64,000 bases of DNA from Amoebophrya sp. A120 (lineage: Eukaryota > Protista > Dinoflagellata): the NCBI GenBank assembly GCA_905178155.1, contig CAJINV010000002.1, positions 7,861,650-7,925,649 of the forward strand, given 5' to 3'. Below, piece after piece: positions 1 through 14,867 of this stretch. Each line of letters begins with the position of its first letter. The stretch's first letter is position 1. The position numbers and the translations under genes are program-made. The notes beneath the pieces were generated by a model. It saw only the letters and a list, made by a program, of their open reading frames with translations, did no database searches and was not told the DNA's origin.

Positions 1-700
1 TAATATTCTGGATTCAGTTCTTGGAATATCAGCTGTAAAAATGTCTGGGTCTGGAAGGTCACAACTTGTGATGCTGTCTCTGGATTCTGAAAGAAATTTG
101 TATTGCATGACCTTCTTTACCCCTCAACCACTGACCAGCAAGAGGACTCCAGTTTGTGCTACGCGGAGAGGGCATTTCTCGTGCGGTAGAGGTATCACAG
201 AGCCCTTTAAAAATCTGTGATGCTGCGGCATGTATTACAGACATCATGGCTCATGAAAAATATGCATGACAAATCTAGAAATTTTCCAGACCCAGACATT
301 TTTACAGTTGATATGGAATCCAAATCGCACGACGTCCGGCTCCGCGATCGCAGGAGGCAACGGGTTGTGCTGCTGGTGCATACCGCCTACTGTACCGCTT
401 TCCGGTGTTGAACGCATGGTGACTCCCGGCGGAGTTCCGGCTGGAAAAGAACCGCTAAGTTTGTCGGCTCCAAGGGAGTCCGATTTCATAATCGCCTCCT
501 GCCATGGCATTTGCCTGCTCCGGGGGAGTAGCGTGCGCTGCAGAGCCGCGTTGTGAGGATGAAACCTAGTCATGCCAACATCTTCAGGAGAGCGCACGAC
601 CTCCATCACGGTCGCAGGCCCATCGCCCGCCTGACCAAAATTGCACGGTGGTCCTGCGCTGTTCTGCATACACAGCCCCAGCATCCTTAATAGCTTCATC
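1..700 (-). CDS. Hypothetical protein, partial; interrupted by introner 27-313 and running off the window start
   Basis: ORF 244..864 reads ...DVVRFGF into the element. Removing the element plus one TGGAA gives in-frame RFGFQELNPEY to the window edge. The upstream exon boundary is approximate. Confidence 0.5.
27..313. mobile_element. Introner/MITE family A (287 bp), TSD TGGAA
   Basis: 30-bp TIR tatcagctgtaaaaatgtctgggtctggaa (27-56) vs ttccagacccagacatttttacagttgata (284-313), 1 mismatch. TGGAA at 22-26 and 314-318. Confidence 0.92.
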
Positions 701-1603
701 TTGTTTTTCCTCCTTCGTGGTGTGTTGAGTTCCTTTCCCCTACGACTTTTTTCTGTTGGTGCGAGAATCTTCCAATCAAGTTGTACTATCGGAGACGTCA
801 TCGCGTTTCCTCTCGTGGTTTTTGATATGCGTGTTTCTTTTCTGTGGATCCAAAGAAGAACCACTGCCCTCTGCTTATCGCATTGTCAAAATTATAGACC
901 CCACGAACAAAAAAGCGCTTTGCCATCCCTCGGCATCTACAACCATGCGGGCCGGTGGCCTTGTTGTGTTTCTGTGTGAAGTTTCGTGCTAAAGCCGACG
1001 AAAGCGAGACGGTATCAAGCATGAAAAATTGCATGCAGCTCCAATTTGATTTCATCGTCGACTTCGGCCAGCAAAAATGAGGGATATTCTCGAGAGTCAA
1101 ACTGTTCGCAAACTGAAGAAAACGAATAACTACAAAGATAAAACCTTCAACGAAGTCTTTTTTACAAAACTAGTTCCTCTTTTGGCGTCAAAGACAGAAG
1201 ACCACAAGGACTCGAAAAAAAATATGGTAGAGCATAGCGAAAGCGATTCATCACACACTTCTGCCACCTCCCAGTAACAAACTTTCTTCGTGAGGTACCA
1301 CCAGGAAGTAAAACAACAACATGTCGTGACGTTGTTTGGAGCTTGATAAAATGCAATAGAAGTGGAAATCATAAAATTGGAAATTTGTTTATATGTAGAA
1401 AGAAAGAAGTGTGATTATCAGTACTGTATTCTTGAAAGTGCTCGAACAAACCCTGAATTCTCGAAGCATGTGCTGCAGAGCTCAGGTGATCTTTGTCTCC
1501 GTACAACTTCGCGAAGACTCTATTCAACAAATTCAAATTTCATCACTATTTAAGTGAATCACAATCAAGAAGAGTCAATAGCTACCTCTGCTCTTTCTGT
1601 TGA

Positions 1604-4600
1604 CTACACACGAAATTCTCTGCCATACGCAGCCGGATGCACGAGCACTACCGGCTCCATATCCTCAGCGGCTTGCGAGGTCAAGTGTATGTGGTTCACC
1701 CAGAGCGGGTGCTCGACGTCGAACCCCAACCCCGAACCGTCTGGATTTAGCGTCGCCCTCTCGAAGTCCAGCCGTCCCTCGCAAAACTGGTCCGGGGAAC
1801 AGCCGTGGTCGGGCGGCACCAGCTCGCACCGCGAGAGCATTTTCCGGACCTTGTCCCCCACGCTGTGCTTCTCCAGCACTTTCACGTCCGCGGTGAAAAG
1901 CGCCTCGGTGGAGTCCTCCAAAAACTCGCCGGGTGGGATGAAGCCCGTAGTTGCTCCTGATACAGTGGGAGGTGGTCCACCTGCTCCCTTCGGGGGTTTC
2001 CCTGCTTTTTTCGCCGTCGCAGCCCGCTCCTTCGAGCTGGCGCCCGTACTCACCGTGTCGTGGGGGTGTACTAGGACTGGCTGCTGTTCTTGCTGGAACA
2101 TCGGGGCGCTCGTCGCGGGGGCCAGAAAACCTTTATTGTTCTTCTTGTCGTGTTGCTCTAGCTCCTGTGGCGTCGCAGTGTGAGTCTGGTCGGGAAAATC
2201 CTTACTCATCCCGCCTCCACCGACTTCGCAGCTGTAAAGTTGACCTGCAGGACCAGAAGATGAAACACAACCGCGACAGAGGCTCGCATCTTGTTCAACA
2301 TGGGTGCGCCGCGTGTTGGCTGCACAACTAGGAACTCCAGTGATGTCTTCGTCCGCTACTTGCTTTCCGGTGAAAGCGCACCTTTCCAGTTGGTCAGCAA
2401 CATGATCCTGCTCTTCCTCAGCCTCACTCTGCTGGTGGCAAGCGAGAACCATTTCCTTCTGTCTTTCGTACCAGGCTGGCCAGTCGAATGTTCCAGCAGC
2501 TCCTCCAGGGCGCGCAGCTGCACTCGTCGTCCTCGTCGTCCCAGATAATTTAGTACTTGCTACCGCATTTCTGCGCAAAAGCTGTTCCATGTCGGTTTCG
2601 GTCAGGAGCGGAGAGCAAGGTTGTCGCAAGAACCGCGCGGCATTTGCAGTCGAGCAAGAATTGTGATTTTGCTTTCCTCGACCATCATGATGGGCCAATT
2701 TGTTCCGCAGGCCACCGAGCGCGCAACTTCTTCCTCCATGACCTAGAGGACCGTTGCGTTGTTCTCCCTCCTCCGCGGAAGTAGTTGCGTCACCAGTCGT
2801 GTTCTGCCGTGCAAAAGATTGCAGTTGTGGATCCGCCTCGGAGCTGCAAAGGAAGCTGCTGCCCGGCGTGGTGCAGCCCACGGTGGAAGACAGAAACGCG
2901 AGCTCCTTCACAAAGTCTTCCCGACATCGCAAGTACTCCATGTACTCACTCGCCACCCACCCGACTTGCCGGTCTTGCTCATGGACAATAGCCTGCTTCG
3001 CCACGAAATGCCACTTCTGCATAGACCTCTTCAAACTGTACCAAAACAGCTTCACCGGATTTATCTTTTCCACCCTGTGAGAATTATGGTACAGCTGCCC
3101 GCTTGTCGTCCTCAACGAAACAGGTGCTGCCGACGCAGGTACGGATCCTGTGTGGACCTGTTGCAAAAGCGACCCGGTGGTAGAGGAGGCGAGAGCAGCA
3201 GAAGGACTTCCTGGTTCCCGAAGCCCGGTCGCTCCGCTTGTAGTTGCGCTCGTCAGACTTGTGGTGCTAGTAGGAGCTTTGCTATCACTACTGGGCGGCG
3301 CTCCACTGTTCAAAAATTGACAAAACACCCTTTTTCGGTTTGCAATTTGCTTGAAAATCGGCAGCGAAAGCGACTGCAAAAAACGGTGGTCCGCGAAATC
3401 GCCGAGAGAAAAGACATTGTCAGAACTAATCATATCCGGCGCAGACTCGTCTTTTTTGCGACTGCATCTGCCTTCGCCTAGGATACTGTTGGCGCTGCTA
3501 CAAAGATCATGATCCCCTTCGTCGTGTAACATGCTGGTTCTCAAAGACGTGGTCGAGGATACGACGGCAGTGCTGACGGTCGCGAGGCTCTCAGACGAAG
3601 CCTCACAGCCGCTGCTCGTCGCGTGGTGTGAGTCGTCGTTTTTCAGTGCGACTTCTTTGGGATAATTCTCAGCAGTGCTGCTCGGACTTGATGACGACCC
3701 GGTACCGAAAAGACCGAACGTCGGAATGAACCAAAGCAGGGACGAACCAGGCTCCTTCGTGTTTGATGTGGGAGAAGGTGTCTTCATCCCCTCCGCCGCG
3801 TTCTTGCAAGCGGCTTTTAGCGTTCTTGTAGAGGCACGCGCACAGCCGGCAGCCCGTCGGTGTTCCGAGACCGATTCGTAGCGGTTCGTCGTCGAGTAGA
3901 GAAGAATCGATGCGATAAAGTCCAGTGTTTTCGGGCCCAGGGTTTTCCCCTTTGTGCCAAGGTCGAGAGCAGATGTTGGAGCGCTCGTCGTGCGCTGCTG
4001 CGCTAGTGGTCCTCTTTCCACGTGGTGGTCACCTCCTTCCTCTGCTTGTTTCACACAAGAACCAGGACCGCCTTCCAAGCACTGCATCATTTCAAACAGC
4101 TTTTTTTCGAGCTGCTTCTGCGGAAAAAGAAGTATCCCGTGATCAACATGCTCTTCTCGTTCTTTTCCTTGCGCTTCTTCTTGTTCCATGGTGGTTCTGG
4201 CCGCACCAAATCGCTGTCCGGTGAGCAGGTGAAACACCAGAAGCGCGAAACCCACATTCACGTCTCTGGTTCGTCTATCTGACGCAAGGACAGAATCAGA
4301 CTCGACTGCCACATCGTCGACGCTGTTGACACTATCGCTTCGCAGCACTTTCACGCGCTTTGTTTGCGTGCAAATCAACACGTTCTCAACCGTGGGAATC
4401 GGAATTTCGGTGTCGTGTCTCGTTCCTGACGAGTATTCTGTTCCTGCATCACGACGAGGCTGAAGAAAATTTCCGCGATCCACAGCAAACTGTACACTGG
4501 CGCTTGGTACGGCATCGCCATCTTGCTCGCTCTGGCGAGTCCCTCCTGGATGTACTGTAACAGCGGCTGGTACAACACGGTCCGCTCCAGCGCCACCACG

Positions 4601-7303
4601 GGCTCGTCGGGCGCCTTGGAGAAGGACAGCTGGTTGTTAATTTTCGGCTTCTTCGTTTGCAATTGCAGCGGTTCAGGAGGCGGTTTCCTGTTTCTCTTCT
4701 CCACTTCTGCCTCCTGTTCCTTCACCCAATGGGCGGCCCGGAGAAACATGTCTTGCAACTCCAGTGCGGTCTTCTTCTCCCATTCCCGGACTTTTGCAGG
4801 GCAGGTAAAATGAGACAAACCTTCGAGGATTTGCTTTTTATTCTCACTCTGATGATGCTGCAAAACGTCTAGCGTGTTGTCGCAGTAGACCGGAATGCTG
4901 TCGAACTCGCTCGTGATCGTCTTGCTTGGTCCCGTGCAGCTGGTGCTGGTGGTGGGGCTTCTATAATTTGCTCCGTCCACCGTGCTCGAAGCTCCTGCAC
5001 CACGACCCGCGCTTTCATTTCTTTCAACTGTGTAAATGGTCGTTTCCCGCACTCCTGTGCCGTAGACAAACAATCCGGTCGCTTTCGGTTCCAAACTGAC
5101 CTCCTCGAGCATCAAGAGGTCCTGTTTCACCAGATGCTCCTGCGCTTGTCCCTCTCCTTCCTCGGACAAGGCAACATCTTCTGAGGTGTACATCTCGAGA
5201 TCACCATCCTCGTTCAGATTCTCTTTTGCCCCCGGTAGTTGCAATGCCGAAGACTCGGTCTCAGGAGAGGCGCCCGACGCGGAGGTAGATGCAGCTGAGA
5301 CAGTCTTCGACATTTCCGGCACCGAGTACGTAAAGTCCCAGCTGGTGTGCAATTCTGAGAGCCGCAGCATGTCCACCGTGGGTGGGGTGATCAGCACGCG
5401 CGCGGAGTGCCAGTGGGCGAATTGCTTCTCCAAGGCGGCGATTTTGTCCCGTCTGCTCCGAGGACTTTTCATATTCTCATCCCCAGCTTGGTCGACGTGC
5501 TCAGGATTTTGTTCAGCCGCTTCCTCTTCGGGCCGTGATCGCTCTCGCTGCGGATCACTATTACCATGATCGAAAGCGGCTCCCATCCCATGGGCACAGT
5601 GTGGCAGTCGTTCCATAACCCGGAAAGGCAAATTTGGAAGAACCGACCCCAACAAGAGATGCGCTTTGATGGTCTTCGCGTCGTGGTGTGCCTTGCTCGG
5701 ACTCGTCGCTGTCGAACCGTGGTCTTCATGGGACAGCATAAATTTATCGCTGTGCACACTCCAGTCGAAATTTTGAAACACGTCGTTGATGTCCTGCTCT
5801 TCCCTTCTGAAGATCGCAGAAATATTCCTAGACGGTCGCTCTCGCTGTCGGGTTGCAGTACTACTGGTAGTGCTAGTGCCACTTCCACCGTGCCTTGATG
5901 CAAGCATAATCTGTACCCGGCACCAGTTCCCTGCTTGTCCTGTGCACATCCAACACGCCGAGCCAGGGTTTCAATTCTCTTTCCAGCCTTTGCTGGAAGT
6001 CCGCCGCCGTGTCCGTGACGTGTAGTGGCACGTAGACCATTTGGAGGTTGGCCGAGTTGCTCAGGCTAATTTTCTCCCTGCCGCGCGTGCGCGACATGTG
6101 CAGCTTGTGCTTCTTGTGAAGCAACAGAGCGTCCTTCAGGCGGGACAGGTCGCGGTCGGCGTGTTCGACTTCGACCTGTTTGGCTTCAAAAAACTCGGAA
6201 TCCTCACCCTCCTCACCGTGGTGGTACTCACGAAGGAGCCTGGGAAGGTGGAAACGTTGCCGATTGTCTGGTACTTTTTGGAAGGGGGAGGCAGAAGTAG
6301 TAGAAGCCTGATCCACGGACTCGAAACGAGCACTATCACCATGAAGATCAGGCGAGTCGTGGTCTCGCGTATCATCTCGTCGTTCAGTCTTTACCAACAC
6401 ACGAGGCAGCCTCCACTTTGCGGGCGGAAATTTGTTGGCCACCAAACCGGGCATGTAGGTCTCAAAATCCAGAAGAACCGGCACCTCGAAGAGCACAGGG
6501 CGAGGAGCCGGTGGGGGGGAACCTTCATGCCTTAACGTCGGACCAAACGCGCAACCTCCTTGCTGCGCAACACCATCATCTGCATGTGGTCTCTGTCGTG
6601 AGTGGTCAGGCAAAACTTTGTCGTCACTTTCTCGTCTCGAAAAATCCACTGGTATACCTGTTGATGGCGCAGATAACTTGGGAACGACGTTGGCGCGCTC
6701 CGCGTGCTCCGTCTCATTCCGCGCTTGCTCATCAAAGTCTTCTTGAAAATTCCCGGCGCCGTTTTTCTCTTCCTGATGCTGCAGTAGGCCTTCGAAGCCC
6801 CCGAGCCGCTGTTTTTTCCGCGCACTTGCGTAGTCTACTTGGGTATTCGCAAAAGTTTTGGACCTTGGTTCTTTGGTAACGCCGCGCTGCTCTTGCAGCT
6901 GGTGAAGATCTGCCTGATGGTGCTCCACCAAATTCATTGAGAGTGGCAGTGACTCTCCAGCTGCTACAACCGCAGGATCTTCTACAACTTCGTGCAGCAG
7001 TTGTGGAACCAGCAACTTCGACCGCTCCGAAGTCGATACGTAGGGTGGGGAGAGACGATGCGCATGCGGATTCGTCTCTACTTGCGAGCCCAGATAAGTG
7101 GGATCTATCATCCGCAGGTGGTCAACACCACGACGCTCATTCTCATCTGCTGGCCCTGGGACTGCGAGGTTCGTGATACTGCCTGGAGTCAGTGCAGTCG
7201 CCCCGTTTGCGAGAACGTAATGCGGAATCGCATTTTCGGGTTGGGCACCACCGCGCGCCGCGGCGCTGTACCCAATGCAGATCCCGAGCAAGTCGCCTAT
7301 CAT
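1604..7303 (-). CDS. Large low-complexity hypothetical protein; ORFs 5873-7714, 4375-5949 and 1604-4483 are probably exons of one gene
   Basis: Three long co-oriented overlapping S/T/A-rich ORFs. A plausible GT-AG intron at about 4277-4390 joins the last two in frame. No recognisable domain; start and end uncertain. Confidence 0.5.
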
Positions 7304-9239
7304 CGTGAAAAGCAGACCGGCACGTTGAGAAAAGTTAAAGTAGGAGAAGCGAAGTGAGAATGTAAAAGATAAGACTGTTACTTTCGTGTTTGTTCGGCAG
7401 TGTTTCTTTCGCAGCTTGGCAGGGTTAATGTTAAAAAATTGAGTTGCAAAGGAGCGAGTTGCATCAGGAGCTCTATTTGTACTGAAAAAGCCAGATGGAG
7501 AAGTGCATTCTGTGATTCTCCCTGTCCTGAATGTGCTATCTGTGGGTGTTTCTGTTTCGCAGAAAGAAGTAAGTTTGGCAAAAGGCTCTATTTTATCTGT
7601 CGCAAACGATGAAGAGGATGTATAGACGCTGGATGCTGATGTGCTGCTGCACTGGGCCATAGTAGTACTCATGTCAACTTCCAATAGATACCCGTAGATA
7701 GTAGCAGTGGACAAAAAAAATTCTTAGAGTGCGACCAGGAACATCTACAGCGCTAGAGATCAGACAGCATACTAAAGCTAAACAAGACCCTAGTACAATG
7801 ATGAGACTTTTCATGTTCTGGAGGTGCAAAAAAACCTGCATGTCTCTAGTACCGCATTTGACTTCCACGGGTGTACTTACAACCACACCATACAGCAAAC
7901 ACGAACAAAGAAAACGGTGGACGGAAACACGTGTGCGATCAAAAAGACGAAAAAGCGTAGGACGCATCTCCTTGAATGCCGAAACGAGACACGCACCCCA
8001 CTGGAGAATGAACAAGAAATAAAGTCGTCAGCCACAGTTCGTCACGACGCAGCTGCTTCGTTGCTCCTTCATCTTCTGAAGAAGTATATTATATTTTCCG
8101 TTTCCCCAAAAAAAGATAGAAGAAGTCTTTGAAAAAGCCGGACGACTTCGATTTTCCAGTGCGGTCTCTACTCCAACCAGCGCCAAGATTTTGCAGTAGA
8201 AAAACATTACATGTCAGTCAGTCCACACAAGGAACTTCGTCTCTAGTACACGAGTATGTATTTCCTTAAAAACCTGAAACATAGGTCGAAGGTTGTTCGG
8301 TGGCTGTCGTCAGAGGCTTCTTGATGAAAACATGTTTGAGGTGCTTTTTACATCAGGATCAGACACACAATGTTCCAAAACATTAGTGAAGATCTGAAGC
8401 TCCACCTTTGCTTTCAGAAATTCGGTACGAAACGATCGTAAAAAAGATCTATTCGCACATAATTGATTGACCTTCGTTGCATACCGCGAGAAACAAAAAG
8501 CGCAGGTCCGATGGATATAATGTTTTTTGGATCAACAAGAGGTGTCTGTAGTTAGTCGAATTTGATAAAGAATTTGGCTTCCCAGTAATGTTGATGTGTA
8601 GGTCGATTTCAAAATATCAGTTACCATCGTGTTGTGATGCATATGCTGCAACACACACGGGCGCAATCTATCGATCGGCGAAATTTGCCGATTACGGCCT
8701 CACTAGAGCTGTTCCTGCGCGGATGCTGGCAACTGAGATGATTACACAAGAGCTGAATGTATGATCTTGTCCCGATTCCGATTCGCAACCCGAATCTTAG
8801 CTCGGAAATAAGAATAACTATCTAGCCGAAAAGGAAAAAAATGTACTTTTCTACCAAACCACTCTAGGGGATCTTTAACTCTTCACCACTCATTCATGGT
8901 GTGCTTAAAGGGGGAAACTTTTGGATTTTCAAGTGCCATAAAATTATCCGTCAACGCAAAATCCATTTTATCATTCATGCTTTTCTTCAAAAATCTAGTT
9001 CGCTTTAGCTCGTTGCATTTCCTTCTTCCGTCGTTATGTCCGATTCCTGTGAGAAAGCCGTCGATGTGTTTCGGGGGGTGGAAAATGTCTACAAAATCAC
9101 ACCAGTCCTGGCTGTTCACGGATTTATTTCTTGTGCAGAAGGAAACCGTTGAGAAGTTTTATGGGCTGCTTCATTCAGACTTTTTCGTTTTCAGATTCAG
9201 AATTTGGATTTGCTAGTTGATCGTACAAAAATCGGCTTC

Positions 9240-10960
<1,721 letters not shown>

Positions 10961-11864
10961 CTACTTTGGTTACAGGTTTCAAAACGGTTTGAGTTGTCAG
11001 TTGAAGTTTTACACCGAGTTGTAGTATTCTCAGGTCACACCTAACCTTATCTTTTCAAGCTTTCAGAGGGTTAGTAATCTTTGTTGGGTTCGCGAAAGTC
11101 GTCTCTGTGTTGTGACAATTTGAATCTGGTTGCTTGGAAATTTGACAACTTGTGTTTTGAACGATAAGGATAAGAGCCCTATGGTGGAGAATTTCCATTT
11201 ACTACTTACCGCTTTTACCTCTCGCACAGACATGCACGCCTTGGCCTTGTCGAGAATGAATATAAACTACCGCCTCAACAATCTAGTAGGTACTATCCCT
11301 GGTCCTTGAATCCTTGCCTTTCTCAGTGCTATTGAAGAAGCAAAAATTTCACTGGTGTCTGAAGATGAAGTTATCCTGAATCAGGCATGGATCTCGATGT
11401 CCTTCACGAATAGCTTTAATTGCCTATCATGCGAAGTTGGAGCAAATTTGCTGCGGGAAAAAAACGAAAACGGAGGAAAGTGCTAGATTCTTATCAAGTA
11501 AAAAAACACTTCTTTTGCACTACAACATGCCTTGACGCAATCATTGTTGTTCTGCTGCGATTGCACTACTTTTGCTTTTTTAGAAAAACTGCACTCTCAC
11601 GGCTGATATTCAGGCAGGAAAAAACGTCGCAACTACAAATGACCGAAAAACTATCGTGTTCATCATAGACCTAAGATCTCGAACACAGAGTTCCACAAAG
11701 AAAAAAAAAACTCAACACGGCTGTTTTTGCTTCACGGCGAAATTCTCTTACAAATGCGAGGTACATCAAAATGAGTGTGCCTGTTAATTAGAAGCGTCGA
11801 ATTTAAGAACATTAACTATGCGAGAAGTCGTGTTCACATCAATCGGCTTGGCGCCGTGGACCCT

Positions 11865-12445
11865 GAGGTCAAGAAGTTTGGCGTGGCGGCCATACGTGCG
11901 AGCATCTGGTAGTGCCGCTTGTCCATAAGTCGGTCCGGCAGCAGATCAAGCAGCAGTTGCCAAACCCACCGCTCTATGCATTGCAAATCTGTCTGGGTCT
12001 GGATGAGTGGAAGATTTGTCATGCACATTTTGCGTGACTCATAAATCTGTGATGCATGATGCCGTAGCATGACACTGACAGGTCGTTTTGTGAGGGCTTC
12101 CTAATGCCTATACCGCATGAGAAATATCCCCTACTCGTAGCAGCTAATAAAATCCTGTTTCTGCCCATGCAATACAGATTTTTTTAGAATCGAAAGGCAG
12201 CATTACAAGTTCGCATCCTTCCAGAGTCAGACCCAGACAGTTTTGCATTTGATACGCTCTACCCCATGACGACCGAGCAGGAGATGCTGGCGGCAGCGAC
12301 GGTGTTGCAGCAGAACGCGATGAATCGGCAGCGGGAGGAGGAGTTTCTGCTGTATCGGAAGGAGCAGGAGACGCAGCGGCAGGTGTTCAAATCCACCCGT
12401 TTTGAGGACGAGGAAGACGAGGTGGAGCCGATCTATTACAACTAG
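11865..12445 (+). pseudogene. Chimeric gene fragment: copy of the uL24 last exon abutting a plus-strand coding-like fragment (...QQLPNPPL|YPMTTEQEM...EPIYYN*) that carries an introner
   Basis: Frame is open across element 11975-12254 after removing the element plus CGCTC. GC3-rich codons on the plus strand; a TGA just upstream and no start codon. The minus-strand shadow frame is also open. Confidence 0.4.
11975..12254. mobile_element. Introner/MITE family A (280 bp), TSD CGCTC
   Basis: tatgcattgcaaatctgtctgggtctgga ... cagacccagacagttttgcatttgata; CGCTC at 11970-74 and 12255-59. Interior closely resembles 58874-59135. Confidence 0.88.
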
Positions 12446-12471
12446 GAAGGACGTCGAGCAGCTGGTGCTTT

Positions 12472-12697
12472 TATCCTGTGCAAAAGTATCGTACGCGTAG
12501 TAATCGCAGTCATGCATTACAAATCTCCATCCCAAGGCAAAACAGCGTGACAACTTCCATTTGTCATGCTTAACAGACTGCGCTACTGAGCCCGGGGGGG
12601 TGCGGGGTCCGAGGGGTGCACAAAGCACAGCTTCCATTTGTCATGCTGAGCTAATTTGTATTGCGATTACTACTGGTACGATACTTTTGCATTGATA
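12472..12697. mobile_element. Introner/MITE family D (226 bp), TSD GCTTT
   Basis: tatcctgtgcaaaagtatcgtacgcgtagtaatcgca ... tgcgattactactggtacgatacttttgcattgata; GCTTT on both sides. Same TIR type as 58416-58565. Confidence 0.88.
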
Positions 12698-12988
12698 GCT
12701 TTCTTCACACGCCCACTTCAACCTGACAAGAGAAATTTGATTTCCAAGAATTATGGCACAGATAATCTGTCAGATTGAACAGATTTTTGCTTCTATATGA
12801 CCACTTCAGCTTGATCACAAACACAATAATCACTTGGCAGTTTGTAACCAAGAACGCTCAACAGAAGAATGTGAATGGGGTTATGGGTTAGTTTAACTAC
12901 GAGAGGAATCACGATGGTATAAACTTGCGAGTTTTTCTGAGAACTTGCTTCCTAGTGAACCTTCCATGTTATCGACTCCGCCAGCCGA

Positions 12989-13352
12989 GGTCAAAAAATG
13001 CCACGTTTTTTGAGCATTTTTGCTGGGCGTCGATAACATGACCCCGTATTTTGGGCTTTCCGCACGGGAATCTGGACTTTTGCGTAATTTTTGCGGAATC
13101 GATAACATGACCCCGTTATTTGGGCTCTTCGCGCGGGAATCTGGACTTTTGTGGAATTCGCAGAAATTCGCGAAAAATGGCGAATTCTTGAAAAATCCAG
13201 ATTTCCGTGCGACGAGCCTAAATAACAGGGCTATGTTATCGATTCCGCAAATAATCCGGAAAAGTCCAGATTCCCGTGCGGAAAGCCTTAAATACGGGGT
13301 CATGTTATCGACGCCCGGCAAAAATGGTCCAAAAACGTAGCATTTTTTGACC
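12989..13352. repeat. 364-bp foldback palindrome with 69-bp tandem subrepeats in each arm
   Basis: ggtcaaaaaatgc...gcattttttgacc; tcgataacatg at 13030 and 13099 mirrored by atgttatcga at 13233 and 13302; centre at about 13170. Confidence 0.9.
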
Positions 13353-13649
13353 AGTTTTCGGAGTCTTCTGTGAGATGAGGCCAAGGCCTCTACTAGACAA
13401 ATGGGCGTTGCCCATTCGGGCAAGCCGGATAATGGTAAAGAACCAGAAACAGTACCCCCTCTAGGTATGGGAAGCGCATTGCTTGAGCGCCTCCAGGAGG
13501 CTCAGCCCAGCTGCGACCTCAGCCAAGGGTGCGAGTACTGAAGGAAGGCCTCCGGGATGGTAGATCTGGTCCGCGGCTTCCCGGTCCGGTGCAGAAAATC
13601 GACGACGGCCTCAACCTAGCTAGCTCAAAGCAGTGTGAAAAACAAAAAG

Positions 13650-14867
13650 CTATACATAGCTAGTTGTCCCGGAGGTCAAGAAGTTTGGCGTGGCGGCCAT
13701 ACGTGCGAGCATCTGGTAGTGCCGCTTGGCCATCGTCCGCTGCTGCTCCTATCAAAAGGAAAAATCCCCCCTCCCCATATCGAAGTGGAAATCTGTGATG
13801 CGGGATTTGCGTACACAAATGCGCGCTGTCTTGCAATACGGCATCGCAGCCAGATCCTCAGCCTATGGCGGGGCGTTTGGGTCTAGTTGTTTAGCATTGC
13901 AAACGGCTGTCCCCTAGGCCCAACAGCATGCCAAATCGGTTCCATAATGGCATGGAAGCCTGTGCACTTGTGTTCTTGCAAGACAGCCGTGATTTGTGGT
14001 CTCAAATCAGCAACACAAATTTTCGGAAACATGCCTTGCCGATATGGGGAGGGGGGATTTTTCCTCAGAATAGCTCCGTGCTGTGCACCACCGGACTGTT
14101 GACCGAAGTAATTCCCTTGTACTTTTTGTGCACTCTGGACTGGTTTTCGAACCTTTTCAGCAGCTCCTCGCGGTCCTCCCGGATTATTGGCACGGGGTCC
14201 GGCATCGCGCAACCGGACACTTTTGAGATACGCACGCACTCGCCGTGCATGGTGTACCTTTTATTAAAATGTGTGTGTTGATGTAATTTTGTTTGTAAAA
14301 CAAAGAAGCAGGGAAATAATTATCGTGCCTCATAGGTAAAATTTTTTCTCAACAAGAACTTCAACCACCTCTTCACCTCCGCTTCACCCTAGTTGGCTTC
14401 TTGAGAATGGGATCCACCGGCGCCACATTCGTTATGTGAATCGGTAGCTCCGTGGTACACAGGGTCTCCCCAACCGCCGTGTTCACCCGGAAGGTCTTTT
14501 TCATGTTCATCCCGTGGACCAGAACGCAGTTTTCCTTGCGCATCACCTTGCGGACCACCCCCTGCCGCCCGCTGTCTCGGCCGTAGAGCACTTGCACCAG
14601 GTCGCCCTGCTTCACGTTCATGTGGTAGGCGAGGTCCACCTTCTGTGGTATTCTGTTGTCGCGCAGAAAGTGCGGCACCGAGGGGGCGCGCGAAAATTCC
14701 AGAAACTCCTCCTTCATCAGGGGGTTCTTCCTTTTCGCCTTGATGTAGTGCTCGTTGTTCGCCCGGTTCCACCACCGCCGCCACTTCACGCCCTGCATGC
14801 GCCGCTGCATCCGCAAAAACTCTCCGCTGTTGCGGGAGTAGTGCAGGGGGCGGGACAGGGCGTACAT
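13650..14867 (-). CDS. MRPL24: Organellar (probably mitochondrial) ribosomal protein uL24; GT-AG intron 14258-14376 plus introner 13750-14072
   Basis: KOW motif KQGDLVQVLYGRDSGRQGVV, then ELPIHITNVAPVDP...PTRVKRR|YTMHGECVRISKVSG. The last exon EQQRTMAKRHYQM...SYV* is in frame after element removal. Confidence 0.88.
13750..14072. mobile_element. Introner/MITE family B (323 bp), TSD GCTCC
   Basis: tatcaaaaggaaaaatcccccctccccatatcg ... cgatatggggaggggggatttttcctcagaata; GCTCC at 13745-49 and 14073-77. Confidence 0.9.

Noticed and set aside
266-556. Recurrent FQTQTFL / KNVWVWK peptides in many ORFs
   Set aside because: These are translations of the family A TIR, not a protein motif.
12893-13423. 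ORFs on both strands with repeated GVDNMTPY peptides
   Set aside because: They are by-products of the foldback palindrome and its 69-bp (3n) unit.
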